Source of the DNA: Halieaceae bacterium
GTDB taxonomy: Bacteria > Pseudomonadota > Gammaproteobacteria > Pseudomonadales > Halieaceae
Assembly: GCA_963921335.3 (NCBI GenBank)
Contig: CAWUFC020000002.1
Span: forward strand, 882,120 to 946,119
Reading direction: 5' to 3'
Length of the DNA: 64,000 nucleotides
This document shows, piece after piece, positions 45,217 through 55,311 of the stretch; position 1 is the first letter of the stretch, and the number at the start of each line of letters is the position of its first letter. The translations under genes and the position numbers were made by a program. The notes beneath the pieces are model-generated. The model had not been told where the DNA came from, made no database searches, and saw nothing but the letters and a program-made list of their open reading frames with translations.

Positions 45217-46668
45217 CTAAAGAACCTTATAGATCTCCAGCATGTCACCATCGGGATTAGATACAAGCTTCGGCTCCTGGCTCAACCACAGACACTCATA
45301 GTTATCCTCCTGATACTGGGGCCATTCTGGCAAGCCCTCGCCATTGGGATCACCGGTCTTGGCAAAGGCCATCATGGTCCGCGACCACTGCTCCGCCAGC
45401 TGTTTGTTGATTTCGGTGGGCGGATGCACAAACAGGCCGGGGTTACCCACTTCCATCCAGTTAAAGGTAAACGGTACATCGGCGAAGTGAGTAATACCCA
45501 GCTCGTGGTCTGTCTCTACCTCAAAGTTATATACCCAGCCCCCGGCACCATGAGCCGCCGCAGTCGCGGCAACGCGTACGGCACTGGCGCGAAAAGTATC
45601 AAACCATGCGCGGATGATTTGTGCCTGCACATCGTCGCCAACTTCAGCCTGCAGGAACTCCCGGTAAGATGCGCCATCGTCTCTGCCAATAGACATGGAC
45701 AATGCCCACACCATAGCTATCCCAATTTCCTGGGTTGGCATAAAGGAAGGGCCGAGGAAAGAGCCTTCGTCCCTGCAGGAACCAGCAATAACGGGAATAC
45801 CCGCCGAACCGCCATCCTGAATGGCTTCACAGGTCGGCCGGGTAACCACCACGCCATCCAAAGAAGGGCCGACGTAAATACCAGACTGTTGCTGCAGTTG
45901 AGATAACTCTTCAGCCGGCATGGCCAGCAACTGCTCGAGACACGCCTGATCGCTATCGCAACCCAGCACTGGCTTAATCTGCGCCAGCTGATCCGTCGCA
46001 GGAGCAAGCGTTTCACCGCCACTGAAGACAATGGCCTTATGAAACAGCCCTTCAGCAGCTGGTGTACCCATTAGCGACAATACAGAAGCTGCACCCGCAC
46101 TCTCACCCCAGATCGTCACGTTAGACGCATCGCCGCCAAAAGCACCAATGTTGTGACGCACCCAAGTCAGAGCGGCAACCTGATCCTGTATGCCCAGGTT
46201 GGCACTGCCAGCGTAGTCAGAACCCAAGCTAGTGAGGTTGAGAAAACCAAAAATACCCAGCCGATAGTTGATGGTGACGACCACCACATCGTTATCGCGA
46301 ACGATTCGACTAGCGTCGTAATCGTTGCCTGAGCCGCACATGAATGCGCCGCCATGAATCCAGACCAACACAGCCTTGGGCTCGTCGCAGTGTTCAGGCG
46401 CAAAGACATTCAGAAACAGGCTGTCTTCGCTTTCCTCGCCCTGCCACTCCAGACCGGTAAGCACTTCCTCAGGCCAGTTGACCTGAAAGTGACGATTGCC
46501 GTACTGAGTAGCATCAATCACTTCCTCAGCCTTCTCACAAGGCTGTGGCGGCTGAAAACGCGCCGCCCCGATGGGAGCAGCGGCATATCGAATACCCAGG
46601 AACTTGCGCAAGCCAGCCTCCTCGAGGCCCTGATAAGCTCCAGCCGGCGCTGTGACCTTAGAAGCCAT
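45217..46668 (-). CDS. carboxylesterase/lipase family protein (type B carboxylesterase)
   Basis: VLVWIHGGAFMCGSG and the GESAGAAS nucleophile elbow. Confidence 0.9.
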   Translation of the reverse strand: MASKVTAPAGAYQGLEEAGLRKFLGIRYAAAPIGAARFQPPQPCEKAEEVIDATQYGNRHFQVNWPEEVLTGLEWQGEESEDSLFLNVFAPEHCDEPKAVLVWIHGGAFMCGSGNDYDASRIVRDNDVVVVTINYRLGIFGFLNLTSLGSDYAGSANLGIQDQVAALTWVRHNIGAFGGDASNVTIWGESAGAASVLSLMGTPAAEGLFHKAIVFSGGETLAPATDQLAQIKPVLGCDSDQACLEQLLAMPAEELSQLQQQSGIYVGPSLDGVVVTRPTCEAIQDGGSAGIPVIAGSCRDEGSFLGPSFMPTQEIGIAMVWALSMSIGRDDGASYREFLQAEVGDDVQAQIIRAWFDTFRASAVRVAATAAAHGAGGWVYNFEVETDHELGITHFADVPFTFNWMEVGNPGLFVHPPTEINKQLAEQWSRTMMAFAKTGDPNGEGLPEWPQYQEDNYECLWLSQEPKLVSNPDGDMLEIYKVL

Positions 46669-49039
46669 AGTTCACCTGCAAACCGCAGATGCGCGGCGGC
46701 TGGATGGACGCCGAGATCTGGTTATTGGTGTAAGCACTGCTACGAGTCTTGCTCTCGATGATGTCTTCATCGAACACGTTCTGCACATAAGCAGTCACGC
46801 GCAAGTCGTACTTGCTGGAGAGGAAGTTCAAACGCAGATCGGTGCGATCAAAGGATTCAACCTGTGTATCTTCTCGATTAAAGATGGAAGACCACTGCTT
46901 GTCCTTGTACGCGTAGCTGACCACGAACTTGATATCGCCGGGTTCAAGACTCCAGGTGTAATCACCGATCAATGAGAAATGATGCTCAGGTGACTGAATC
47001 AGCTCATTGCCTGCAAGATCACTGAACTCAGGAATAGCCTCCGTGGAATCGAAAACCTCCTGACCCATCGTCTTGATCTCAGTGTCCATGTAAGAGTAGC
47101 TGCCATAGAACATGAGAGAGTCAGTCGCTGCCCACTGAAGCTCCAGCTCGGCACCCCAAACTTCCGCTTCTTCCGCGTTCTCGAATCGGCGGGTCGTCAC
47201 GCCATTATTGAACACATTAACCGGTACCTGCATGTCAGTGTAGTCGTAGTAGTACAAGGCAGCGTTAGTACGAACACGCTCGCTCTGGCTCTTAACACCC
47301 AGCTCATATGCGACCACGGACTCTTCATCCACCGCATTGTCTGGCTGCAGGTTACCAAGGATGTATCCGCCAGCTTTATAACCGGTAGAGATCTTGCCGT
47401 AGAGCATGGTTTCGTTATCAAAGGTGTAATCCAGGCCCACTGACCAATCTGTGGAGGACCAGTCATCTTCATGCTCGGCAGTGCCTCCACCTGCGGTGAT
47501 ATCCCAGGCTATACGGCTCTGGGGACCCGGCGTCGGGGTTTCGGTGTTCAGCCAGGACATGCCGATCAAAGTAAACAATTGTGAGTAGACACCCTGGTCG
47601 TCCAGGATGGCGCGGCCATACTCGAAGGCCTCTTTCTCGTCTTCGGAATAACGCAGACCCAATGACAGGTGCCACTTCTCTGTCGGATAGAAATCAACCT
47701 GCCCATAGACTGCTTGGGATTTGGTTTCCAGGATACCGTTTTGCTCGTAGTAAGAAGAGTTTGGATTGGCGGGCGCATCAATTACGCAGTAACAAAAATC
47801 TCCCGCTGGATCGGCTATCACTGGCGTTGGGAAAAGAGTACTGCCCGGCACAAAGGCCTGCAGAGGCTGCTCGTTCTCGCTCTTCCAGTAGAACAGCCCG
47901 GCAATAAACTCTACCTTGCCACCCAGATTTGAGATCAGCTGCAGCTCATGCTGATCTGACTGCTCATACTGACCCAGGTAAGTTTCATACTGAATGTCAT
48001 CGCGGCTGGTTTTATCCAGGTCTTCACCAAAATCAAAGGTGTAGTCGGTATACCCGTAGATGTACCTCAGTGTGGCTTTCTCGAACTCATAGCTGACATG
48101 GGCGGTAAAAAGATCAGTCTTCTGCTCGATGTAACCCGCGTTATCCCAGTTCACCTTGTGGATGTCATCGGCGCCCGGGTTGGCTTCTTCATAACCAAAC
48201 TGGGCATTGGGTACCAACTGCTCAAAATCAGTGAAGAAGTCACCCACCAGAGGGCCGGGTGATTCTGTGTTGTACGGTGAAATCAGGTAAGCACCAGTGC
48301 GGTTCTGGTCCCACTCCTGACGCTCATACTGCATCCACACATTCAGTTTATCGGTGAGATCAAAATCGAAGGCAATAATGCCACGTGCGATATCCCTGTC
48401 GTTTACATCATCGCCGGCAATGTTCTCGACCCAGCCGTCGTTCTTGTCCATTTCAGCACCAACCAGATAACGGAAGCGATCACCTGCAGGCCCGGACAAT
48501 CGCAGACCCAACTGTTGACCTTTGTTACTGTAAACGCCGGCACGCACCTCACCACCAAACTCATCATCAGGGCGCTTGGAGATAAAATTGGCAGCACCGC
48601 CGACAGCATTTTTGCCATACAGCGTGCCCTGCGGGCCACGCAATACCTCAACACGCTCGGTGAAGAATGATGAATCGGGAATGCCGCCGATCTCATTGGT
48701 GTAGACACCGTCTCGATACACCGCCACACCCGGCTCCGAACCCAGGGAATTTTCTACCCTGCCCACACCGCGTATAAACACACGGTTGGGGTTGGTGTTG
48801 AAAGTGGTACTGGGCGTGAAGTTGGCAAGCTCAGCGTTGCTGAGAATACCCAGCTCGTCACGCATGTCGCGATCGAATGCAGTCACCGCCACAGCGACGT
48901 CCTGCAAGGATACCGCACGCTTCTCGGCAGTCACGATGACCTCTTCCAGCACCGATGATTGAGCCACGGCTGTCTGGGAAGCTGCCAGCGCTACAGCGCA
49001 TGCCATCGGCTTCAGCATGTTGGTTTGAGTGGTTTTCAT
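46658..49039 (-). CDS. TonB-dependent receptor
   Basis: It has a signal peptide, a plug region EEVIVTAEKR..LQDV, a beta-barrel repeat pattern, and the C-terminus ..VNYGF. Confidence 0.9.
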   Translation of the reverse strand: MKTTQTNMLKPMACAVALAASQTAVAQSSVLEEVIVTAEKRAVSLQDVAVAVTAFDRDMRDELGILSNAELANFTPSTTFNTNPNRVFIRGVGRVENSLGSEPGVAVYRDGVYTNEIGGIPDSSFFTERVEVLRGPQGTLYGKNAVGGAANFISKRPDDEFGGEVRAGVYSNKGQQLGLRLSGPAGDRFRYLVGAEMDKNDGWVENIAGDDVNDRDIARGIIAFDFDLTDKLNVWMQYERQEWDQNRTGAYLISPYNTESPGPLVGDFFTDFEQLVPNAQFGYEEANPGADDIHKVNWDNAGYIEQKTDLFTAHVSYEFEKATLRYIYGYTDYTFDFGEDLDKTSRDDIQYETYLGQYEQSDQHELQLISNLGGKVEFIAGLFYWKSENEQPLQAFVPGSTLFPTPVIADPAGDFCYCVIDAPANPNSSYYEQNGILETKSQAVYGQVDFYPTEKWHLSLGLRYSEDEKEAFEYGRAILDDQGVYSQLFTLIGMSWLNTETPTPGPQSRIAWDITAGGGTAEHEDDWSSTDWSVGLDYTFDNETMLYGKISTGYKAGGYILGNLQPDNAVDEESVVAYELGVKSQSERVRTNAALYYYDYTDMQVPVNVFNNGVTTRRFENAEEAEVWGAELELQWAATDSLMFYGSYSYMDTEIKTMGQEVFDSTEAIPEFSDLAGNELIQSPEHHFSLIGDYTWSLEPGDIKFVVSYAYKDKQWSSIFNREDTQVESFDRTDLRLNFLSSKYDLRVTAYVQNVFDEDIIESKTRSSAYTNNQISASIQPPRICGLQVNYGF

Positions 49040-49092
49040 TGGTTTCCCCTCTCTAATATTTTATTGGGATAGTGGTACTGCGGTTTAAAACA

Positions 49093-49929
49093 CTACATTG
49101 CCGCCTGGTTGGTCTTATCAGAAAACCAGGCGGGTGCCAGTCGGGTCATGCGCTCGGCGTGCACGGCGTCTTTGCCGACCATAATGCGACGCTGCTTCTT
49201 ACTAATGCCGTCGAGTATGATCACGGCGGCTTTTTCCGGTGCGAGCCCAAAGACCTCAAAGGCCTTGAGAAACTGCTCTTTTTGTTCCTCAGTCATGTCT
49301 GCACCCACGCCACCCACAACATTGCCCTGCTCGTTAGCATTGCGAACAATATTGGTGCCAATGTGACCCGGGTGAATACTGCAGACAGTAATCTCCGTGG
49401 ACTTGAGTTCCTGCTCCAGCACTTCTGTAAAACCGCGAATAGTAAATTTGGAGGCACAATAGGCAGACTGGTTCTTCATTGGGAACAGGCCAAACACGCT
49501 GGAGACATTGGCAACGACCGCTTCAGGCCTTTGTTTGAATTCAGTCAAAAATTCCTTGGTGCCATAAACCATGCCCATGAAGTTCACAGACATTACTGAC
49601 TCCAAGTGGTCGTAGCCCATGTCTTCGACGCTACCGGAAAAACTGATTCCGGCATTGTTGATAATGCCGTCTACGTGTTCGTGTTCTGCCAACACCTCAT
49701 CTCGAAACGATCGCCAGGCCTCCAGATTCGATACATCCAGCTTATGAGCAGTAACCCTCAGGCTGCCATTGGCCAACTCCCCGGCCAGGCGCAGGGTTTC
49801 ACTGACGCCCTCTTCATTCATATCTGCCAGCGCCACCGAGGCGCCGCGGCGAAGACATTCCAACCCCAGCGCGCGGCCAATACCGGACGCGGCGCCAGTG
49901 ACAATGATTGTTTTTCCTGCAACATCCAT
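49093..49929 (-). CDS. SDR family oxidoreductase
   Basis: TGAASGIGRAL and YCASK motifs. The ATG at 49929 lies 8 nt after the upstream BVMO stop. Confidence 0.85.
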   Translation of the reverse strand: MDVAGKTIIVTGAASGIGRALGLECLRRGASVALADMNEEGVSETLRLAGELANGSLRVTAHKLDVSNLEAWRSFRDEVLAEHEHVDGIINNAGISFSGSVEDMGYDHLESVMSVNFMGMVYGTKEFLTEFKQRPEAVVANVSSVFGLFPMKNQSAYCASKFTIRGFTEVLEQELKSTEITVCSIHPGHIGTNIVRNANEQGNVVGGVGADMTEEQKEQFLKAFEVFGLAPEKAAVIILDGISKKQRRIMVGKDAVHAERMTRLAPAWFSDKTNQAAM

Positions 49930-49939
49930 GGGCAGCAAC

Positions 49940-51418
49940 CTACTCGTAAACCAGGACTTCTTCTTCGAGATCAAACAGCGGCATCTGCTCTTTCTCTTCG
50001 TAGTAGTCAGGGGAAAAGTTCCAGGGTTCACGATCACCACTCTTGGGCATCAGGTGCTCGCGACGCCCCAGGTAACCTGGGTTAAATTCCTCTGCTGAGA
50101 TCCATCGATTGCGAGGCATATCCTCGTCTTCGGGCCGCAATGTAGGAGTCACTACCGAAAGGTTTTTGTCGGTCATGGGATTCAGCAGGCGACAAATATA
50201 GTCACCGACTAGATCGACCCGCATCGTCCAACTGGTGCGCAGGTAGCCAAACATGAGTGCCAGGTTTGGGAAGTCCGACAACATCAAACCGCGATAGCTG
50301 AATGAGTTCGCCGGGTCCAACGGTTCCCCATCAAAGGTGTAGGGAATACCGCCAATGGCAAGCGTATTGAAGCCAGTCGCAGTAATGACCACATCAGCTT
50401 GCAGTTGTTCGCCAGATTTCAGCAAAATACCGCTTTCGGTAAAACGCTCGATATGGTCGGTGACCACACTGGCCTTACCTTCATTGACAGCCTTGAACAT
50501 GTCGCCATCAGGTAAATAGGCCAGGCGTTGCTGCCAGGGTCGGTAGCTGGGGGTGAAGTGTTTCTCAGTGAGCTCATCACCGATAAAACCACGAACCTCT
50601 TTCAACAGTTCTTCTTTGATGTACTCCGGATACTCTGCAGCGGCCAGCTGAATTTCCTTACCGGTTTGCAGCAGGTCACGGCGCACGATTTCGTGTACCT
50701 GATCCTCGGGCACTTCCAGTAGTCGCAGCCGGTCAGCCAGTTCATTCCGATTGGGCGCGGTCCAGAAATACGTGGGCGAGCGCTGCAGCATGGTGACGTG
50801 CTCACAGTCATCAGCGATATTCGGAATCAGGGTGGCCGCTGTGGCACCGGAGCCGATCACCACAACTTTCTTACCCGACAAGTCTGTATCCTCTGGCCAG
50901 GTCTGTGGATGGATCACCTCGCCTTGATAATCCGAAAACCCTTCCCAGTCCGGCGTATAGCCTTTGTCGTGATCGTAGTAGCCGCCGGTCCAGATAAAGA
51001 AGTTGCTGCTGACCTGAATGGTCTCGCCCGTTTCTTTCTGCAGTACATCCAGCGTCCAGCGCTTGCTCTCGCTGGACCAGTGTGCGGCCTGAATCCGGTG
51101 CTGGTAACGAATATTGTCATCCAGATGGTCGTCTTCGATCACCTCAGCCATGTAATCGAGAATTAGCTGGCCTTCAGCAATGGGCGCCCCAGACCAGGGC
51201 TTGAAGCGGTAGCCAAAGGTGTAGAGATCGCTATCGGAGCGGATGCCGGGGTATGTGTGGGTCAACCAGGTACCGCCGTGGCTGGCCTTGTCTTCCAGCA
51301 TGATGAAATTCAGGTGGGGGCACTGCTCTTTCAGGTGGTGGGCAATAACCAAACCGGATATACCGGCACCCACCATAACCACATCGAAGTGTTCGACTTC
51401 ACTCACCCGCGAATCCAA
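49940..51418 (-). CDS. Baeyer-Villiger-type flavin monooxygenase (EthA-like)
   Basis: VVMVGAGISGL, GGTWLTHTYPG, YQGEVIHPQTWPED (FxGxxxHxxxWP) and VVVIGSGATAA. Confidence 0.85.
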   Translation of the reverse strand: MDSRVSEVEHFDVVMVGAGISGLVIAHHLKEQCPHLNFIMLEDKASHGGTWLTHTYPGIRSDSDLYTFGYRFKPWSGAPIAEGQLILDYMAEVIEDDHLDDNIRYQHRIQAAHWSSESKRWTLDVLQKETGETIQVSSNFFIWTGGYYDHDKGYTPDWEGFSDYQGEVIHPQTWPEDTDLSGKKVVVIGSGATAATLIPNIADDCEHVTMLQRSPTYFWTAPNRNELADRLRLLEVPEDQVHEIVRRDLLQTGKEIQLAAAEYPEYIKEELLKEVRGFIGDELTEKHFTPSYRPWQQRLAYLPDGDMFKAVNEGKASVVTDHIERFTESGILLKSGEQLQADVVITATGFNTLAIGGIPYTFDGEPLDPANSFSYRGLMLSDFPNLALMFGYLRTSWTMRVDLVGDYICRLLNPMTDKNLSVVTPTLRPEDEDMPRNRWISAEEFNPGYLGRREHLMPKSGDREPWNFSPDYYEEKEQMPLFDLEEEVLVYE

Positions 51419-51516
51419 ATAATATTCTGTATGTTTTATGAGCAGAAAATCTTAGGTGAATCAGACCGGCCCTTTCGATTGCAGATTGCGCCAGTGTTTT
51501 GATAAATTAGGCCAAC

Positions 51517-52608
51517 ATGGCTCTCAACACTAAACCTCAGGCAGCTAAACTGGTTGCCAACAGCGATCATGCCACCGGCATCCGAACCATTGGTGGACTG
51601 CTGGGACAGCTCAATACGATGGAGCTGGATCGCGAGCAGGGCGTCCGCATTCTAATGGGTTCAGGATTACCCGCGCAGGCGTACGACGACCCCAGTTTCC
51701 CTATCTCACCGAAGCAGGATTTCGAGATTCTCAACGAGATCCGCAAGCATATGTGGACCAACGCCTCAATGGAGGTGGGTATGTTCAATATGTATCATTA
51801 CCTCAAGGTACCTATGTTCGGTCTACTAGGCTTGGCCTGGCAGTGCGCACCCACAATTCGGGATGTGGTTGAAGTGTCGGTGGCCTACCCGCAAATGAAT
51901 TGGGGTCGCACGCAGATGTCGCTGACGGCAGATGAAGAAGGTGTCTATGTCGAACACAAGTTAGAGCGTGTGCGCGCTCATTTTGACAGCGCCGAAGATG
52001 CGGAGGCCACCTACCGTTATGCGCTGCTGCTGGATATTGTGGCCACCGCAGCGATCGTCCGCGACATTACCCGCAATCGCAGATTGCTGGTTCGTGTTGA
52101 ACTGCCGTTTCCGCAACCCTTCGACTGGGGTCTGATCGAGAACACACTACCCTACGCAGTGGATTTCGGTGCCGAGCGCGCGGCACTGGTTTTCCAGCCG
52201 GGCCTGCTCAGCCAGGTCCCCCGCCACGCGAATGCCATCAGCTTTAAAATGGCGACCCAGCTGCTGCAAAAAGAAAGTGCGATTCTGGGCGAGGACATCA
52301 CCATCGCCGAACAGGTTAGTCGCTGGCTGTGGGCCTATACCCCGCCCATGAAGAAAGACGAAATTGCAAAACTGCTGGGTGTATCCGTGCGCAGCCTCAC
52401 CCGCCAATTGAGCGAAGCCGGTACCAGCTACAACGAGTTATTTGCCCAGGTGCAATCTGAAAGGGCCCGCAACCTACTGGCGGACTCAAAGCTCACGATC
52501 TCCCAGGTCGCGTATCGCATGGGTTATTCAGACCCTGCGGCGTTTACCCGCGCCTTTACTGCCCATCACCAGCAGACTCCATCGAAGTGGCGCGCCCATA
52601 ATATCTGA
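51517..52608 (+). CDS. AraC family transcriptional regulator
   Basis: The C-terminal AraC HTH is ..SVRSLTRQLSEAGTSYNELF...ISQVAYRMGYSDPAAFTRAF. It is divergent from the BVMO operon. Confidence 0.9.
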   Translation: MALNTKPQAAKLVANSDHATGIRTIGGLLGQLNTMELDREQGVRILMGSGLPAQAYDDPSFPISPKQDFEILNEIRKHMWTNASMEVGMFNMYHYLKVPMFGLLGLAWQCAPTIRDVVEVSVAYPQMNWGRTQMSLTADEEGVYVEHKLERVRAHFDSAEDAEATYRYALLLDIVATAAIVRDITRNRRLLVRVELPFPQPFDWGLIENTLPYAVDFGAERAALVFQPGLLSQVPRHANAISFKMATQLLQKESAILGEDITIAEQVSRWLWAYTPPMKKDEIAKLLGVSVRSLTRQLSEAGTSYNELFAQVQSERARNLLADSKLTISQVAYRMGYSDPAAFTRAFTAHHQQTPSKWRAHNI

Positions 52609-52743
52609 CCGCTTGTGCCGACAGGCCTTTACGGCCCAATCTATCAACACAGTGGCGCAATCTGCCATCGACCCTTGTTTCCGCCCTACTCTAAGCTTGC
52701 CCGATCATTTAATTGACAATAAAAAGCATCATCGAGGTCACCC

Positions 52744-54177
52744 ATGACTCCAGATGGACGCATTCCCTTACGCACCAAAATACTCTACGGCAGTGGTTCT
52801 CTCGCACAGGGCGTCAAGGACACCTCCTTCAATGTGTTTCTGCTGTTCTTCTACACCCAGGTGGCCGGGCTGTCGGGCTCATTGGCAGGCACTGCCATTC
52901 TGATTGCGCTGGTGCTGGATGCTGTCAGCGATCCTTTAGTTGGGTACTGGTCGGATCGCCTAAAATCCGGCTGGGGACGACGCCACCCCTTTATGTATTT
53001 CTCGGCCATTCCAATGGGCGTGTCGTTCTTCTTTCTGTTTAACCCTCCACAGGGTGATCAAACCACCTTGTTCAGCTGGATGCTTATGTGGGCTGTGCTG
53101 ACGCGTTTCGCCATGACGTTCTACATGGTGCCCTCCTCGGCCCTGACCGCGGAGATGACACAGGACTACGATGAGCGCACCTCCCTGTCGGGCTTCAGGG
53201 TACTTCTGGGCTGGTTGGGCGGACTCAGCTTCGCCACCATGGGTTACCTGGTGTTCTTTGCGCCCACCGAGCAGTTTGAAGACGGACAACTCAATCCCGC
53301 GGCATACCAGGACTTTGGACTGTTGGGTGCCAGCATTATCATCATCGGCATCTTGCTGTGCGCACTGGGTACCCACCATCTGATTCCGCACCTCAAGAAA
53401 GTCTCAGAAGGCTCCGCCGATTCCCTGGGCCTTAAGCAAGACCTGGTCAATATGTTTGCCAATCCACCCTTTCGAATTCTGGTGGGCTTTATCCTGATCG
53501 CCTCTTCCGCTATTGGTTTTGACCAAGCCATCAGCCTCTATATGCTGACTTACTTCTGGGGCCTCAGCACAGACCAGCTTGCATTGTTGTCACTGGCGTC
53601 TTTGGTTGGCACCATCGCCGCGTTTATCAGCGCCCCGATTCTTTCAAAGAAGTACGACAAGCGACCCGTCGCCGTGGTGACCGTTGCCATTTTGGCACTG
53701 GGATATCCCGGCTGGATTACTTTGAGGCTACTGGGTGTACTGCCAGACAATGACGATCCGGCGATTCTGATCATCATGCTGATCAACTCTACCGTTGTTG
53801 TATACGCCGCAGTGACGATGACCATAGTGTTTGCTTCGATGGTGGCCGACACCATCGACTACAACGAATTAATGACTGGCCGCCGCCAGGAAGCCATGTT
53901 TACCTCGGCCTACACATTTTCGCTCAAAGCCACCTCCGGCATCGGAGGCTTTGTAGCAGGGATCACCCTGGACCTTGTGAAATTCCCAACAGGCGTGGAT
54001 GCCTCCCAGGTCGGTGCAGAAAACCTCTTCTCTCTTGGGATGACAGTGGCCGGCACCATCGTCACGTTCTGGCTATTGGCGATGCTGATCCTGCGCAACT
54101 ACACACTGTCGCGTGAAGAGCATCATCGTATTTTGGATAGCATCACGGAACGGCGAGCTAACCCGGAGTATACCTGA
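52744..54177 (+). CDS. MFS transporter, glycoside-pentoside-hexuronide (GPH) cation symporter-like
   Basis: KILYGSGSLAQGVKDTSFNVFLLFFYTQV..DAVSDPLVGYWSDR..GRRHPFM is a MelB/GPH-type N-terminal signature. The protein has 12 hydrophobic segments. Confidence 0.85.
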   Translation: MTPDGRIPLRTKILYGSGSLAQGVKDTSFNVFLLFFYTQVAGLSGSLAGTAILIALVLDAVSDPLVGYWSDRLKSGWGRRHPFMYFSAIPMGVSFFFLFNPPQGDQTTLFSWMLMWAVLTRFAMTFYMVPSSALTAEMTQDYDERTSLSGFRVLLGWLGGLSFATMGYLVFFAPTEQFEDGQLNPAAYQDFGLLGASIIIIGILLCALGTHHLIPHLKKVSEGSADSLGLKQDLVNMFANPPFRILVGFILIASSAIGFDQAISLYMLTYFWGLSTDQLALLSLASLVGTIAAFISAPILSKKYDKRPVAVVTVAILALGYPGWITLRLLGVLPDNDDPAILIIMLINSTVVVYAAVTMTIVFASMVADTIDYNELMTGRRQEAMFTSAYTFSLKATSGIGGFVAGITLDLVKFPTGVDASQVGAENLFSLGMTVAGTIVTFWLLAMLILRNYTLSREEHHRILDSITERRANPEYT

Positions 54178-54268
54178 GCAAGAATTAGCCTGCGTGTTAT
54201 TCTCCGTTCCTGTTCGAGAACATCGCTACGCATCGCAGGAGGATTTCCATTTTGGAAATAAAGAGCGG

Positions 54269-55261
54269 ATGGCAATCAGAGATGATGAGGTCAGCAATAT
54301 GAAAGTGAACAAACAGGATCTTCACCCTGATCTGCAAAGCTTCTATTGGCCCACGCGCATCTTTACCTTTCTACTCGGATTTTCCCCAATGGTGAAACTC
54401 GTCGACAAACTGTCGATGGGCTCAACGCGTGGAAAAGATGTTGAGGGTCTGGATTGTGGGACAGAGGAAGTACCTTCTCCCGATGGAGAGACACAAATCC
54501 GCACCCGCATTTATCGCCCGGAGAATCAGCAGGGCAAGCTACCGCTGTTTCTATATATACACGGCGGCGGTTATATCATGGGTGCGCCTGAAATGACGGG
54601 AGACCTGTATAAGCAATTTATTGCGAAGCGGCCCTGCGTGATCGTTGCTCCCGATTACAGAAAAGCCTGGACCAAACCCTTCCCCGCAGGCCTTGATGAT
54701 TGCTATGACTGTTTACTTTGGGCGATCGAGAACGCCGCTGAACTGAATATTGATCCGAGCAAGATCATTGTTGGCGGCCATAGCGCAGGCGGCGGATTAA
54801 CCGCTGCGGTGACATTGCGAGCCCGCAATCAGGGTGACGTGAAGATCTCGTTCCAGATGCCGATCTACCCGATGATTGACGACACCCAACCCGACGATGC
54901 TGCTCGCGCGATCGAAACGCCCGTGTGGAATACCACGACGAATCGCAAGGGATGGGGTGCCTACCTCTCAGAATTGAACAAACAAGGTGCGGAGATACCT
55001 GCGGAGGCCGCTCCGGCCCGCAACTCAGATTACAGTGGCTTTCCACCCACGATTACGTTTGTCGGCGACAAGGAACCATTCTTTTGGGAGACGCGTTCGT
55101 ATGTGGAGGCGCTTCGGGCAGCCAACGTAGACGTCGCCTACAAAGAATATCCTGGCTGCTTCCACGCCTTCGAGATGTTCGCTGCAGACAGAGACATTGG
55201 TAAGGATGGAATGGGATTTCAGCTCGACAGCTACGCGGCATTTTACGACAAGTACCTGTAG
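54269..55261 (+). CDS. alpha/beta hydrolase, HSL family (family IV esterase)
   Basis: HGGGY oxyanion motif and GGHSAGGG nucleophile elbow. The start is ambiguous (54269 or 54299); the ORF-track start at 54113 overlaps the MFS gene. Confidence 0.85.
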   Translation: MAIRDDEVSNMKVNKQDLHPDLQSFYWPTRIFTFLLGFSPMVKLVDKLSMGSTRGKDVEGLDCGTEEVPSPDGETQIRTRIYRPENQQGKLPLFLYIHGGGYIMGAPEMTGDLYKQFIAKRPCVIVAPDYRKAWTKPFPAGLDDCYDCLLWAIENAAELNIDPSKIIVGGHSAGGGLTAAVTLRARNQGDVKISFQMPIYPMIDDTQPDDAARAIETPVWNTTTNRKGWGAYLSELNKQGAEIPAEAAPARNSDYSGFPPTITFVGDKEPFFWETRSYVEALRAANVDVAYKEYPGCFHAFEMFAADRDIGKDGMGFQLDSYAAFYDKYL

Positions 55262-55311
55262 TTGATATTGAGGGCGCCGCCAGTATAACGGCAACGCCAT
55301 CAGCTATCAGA

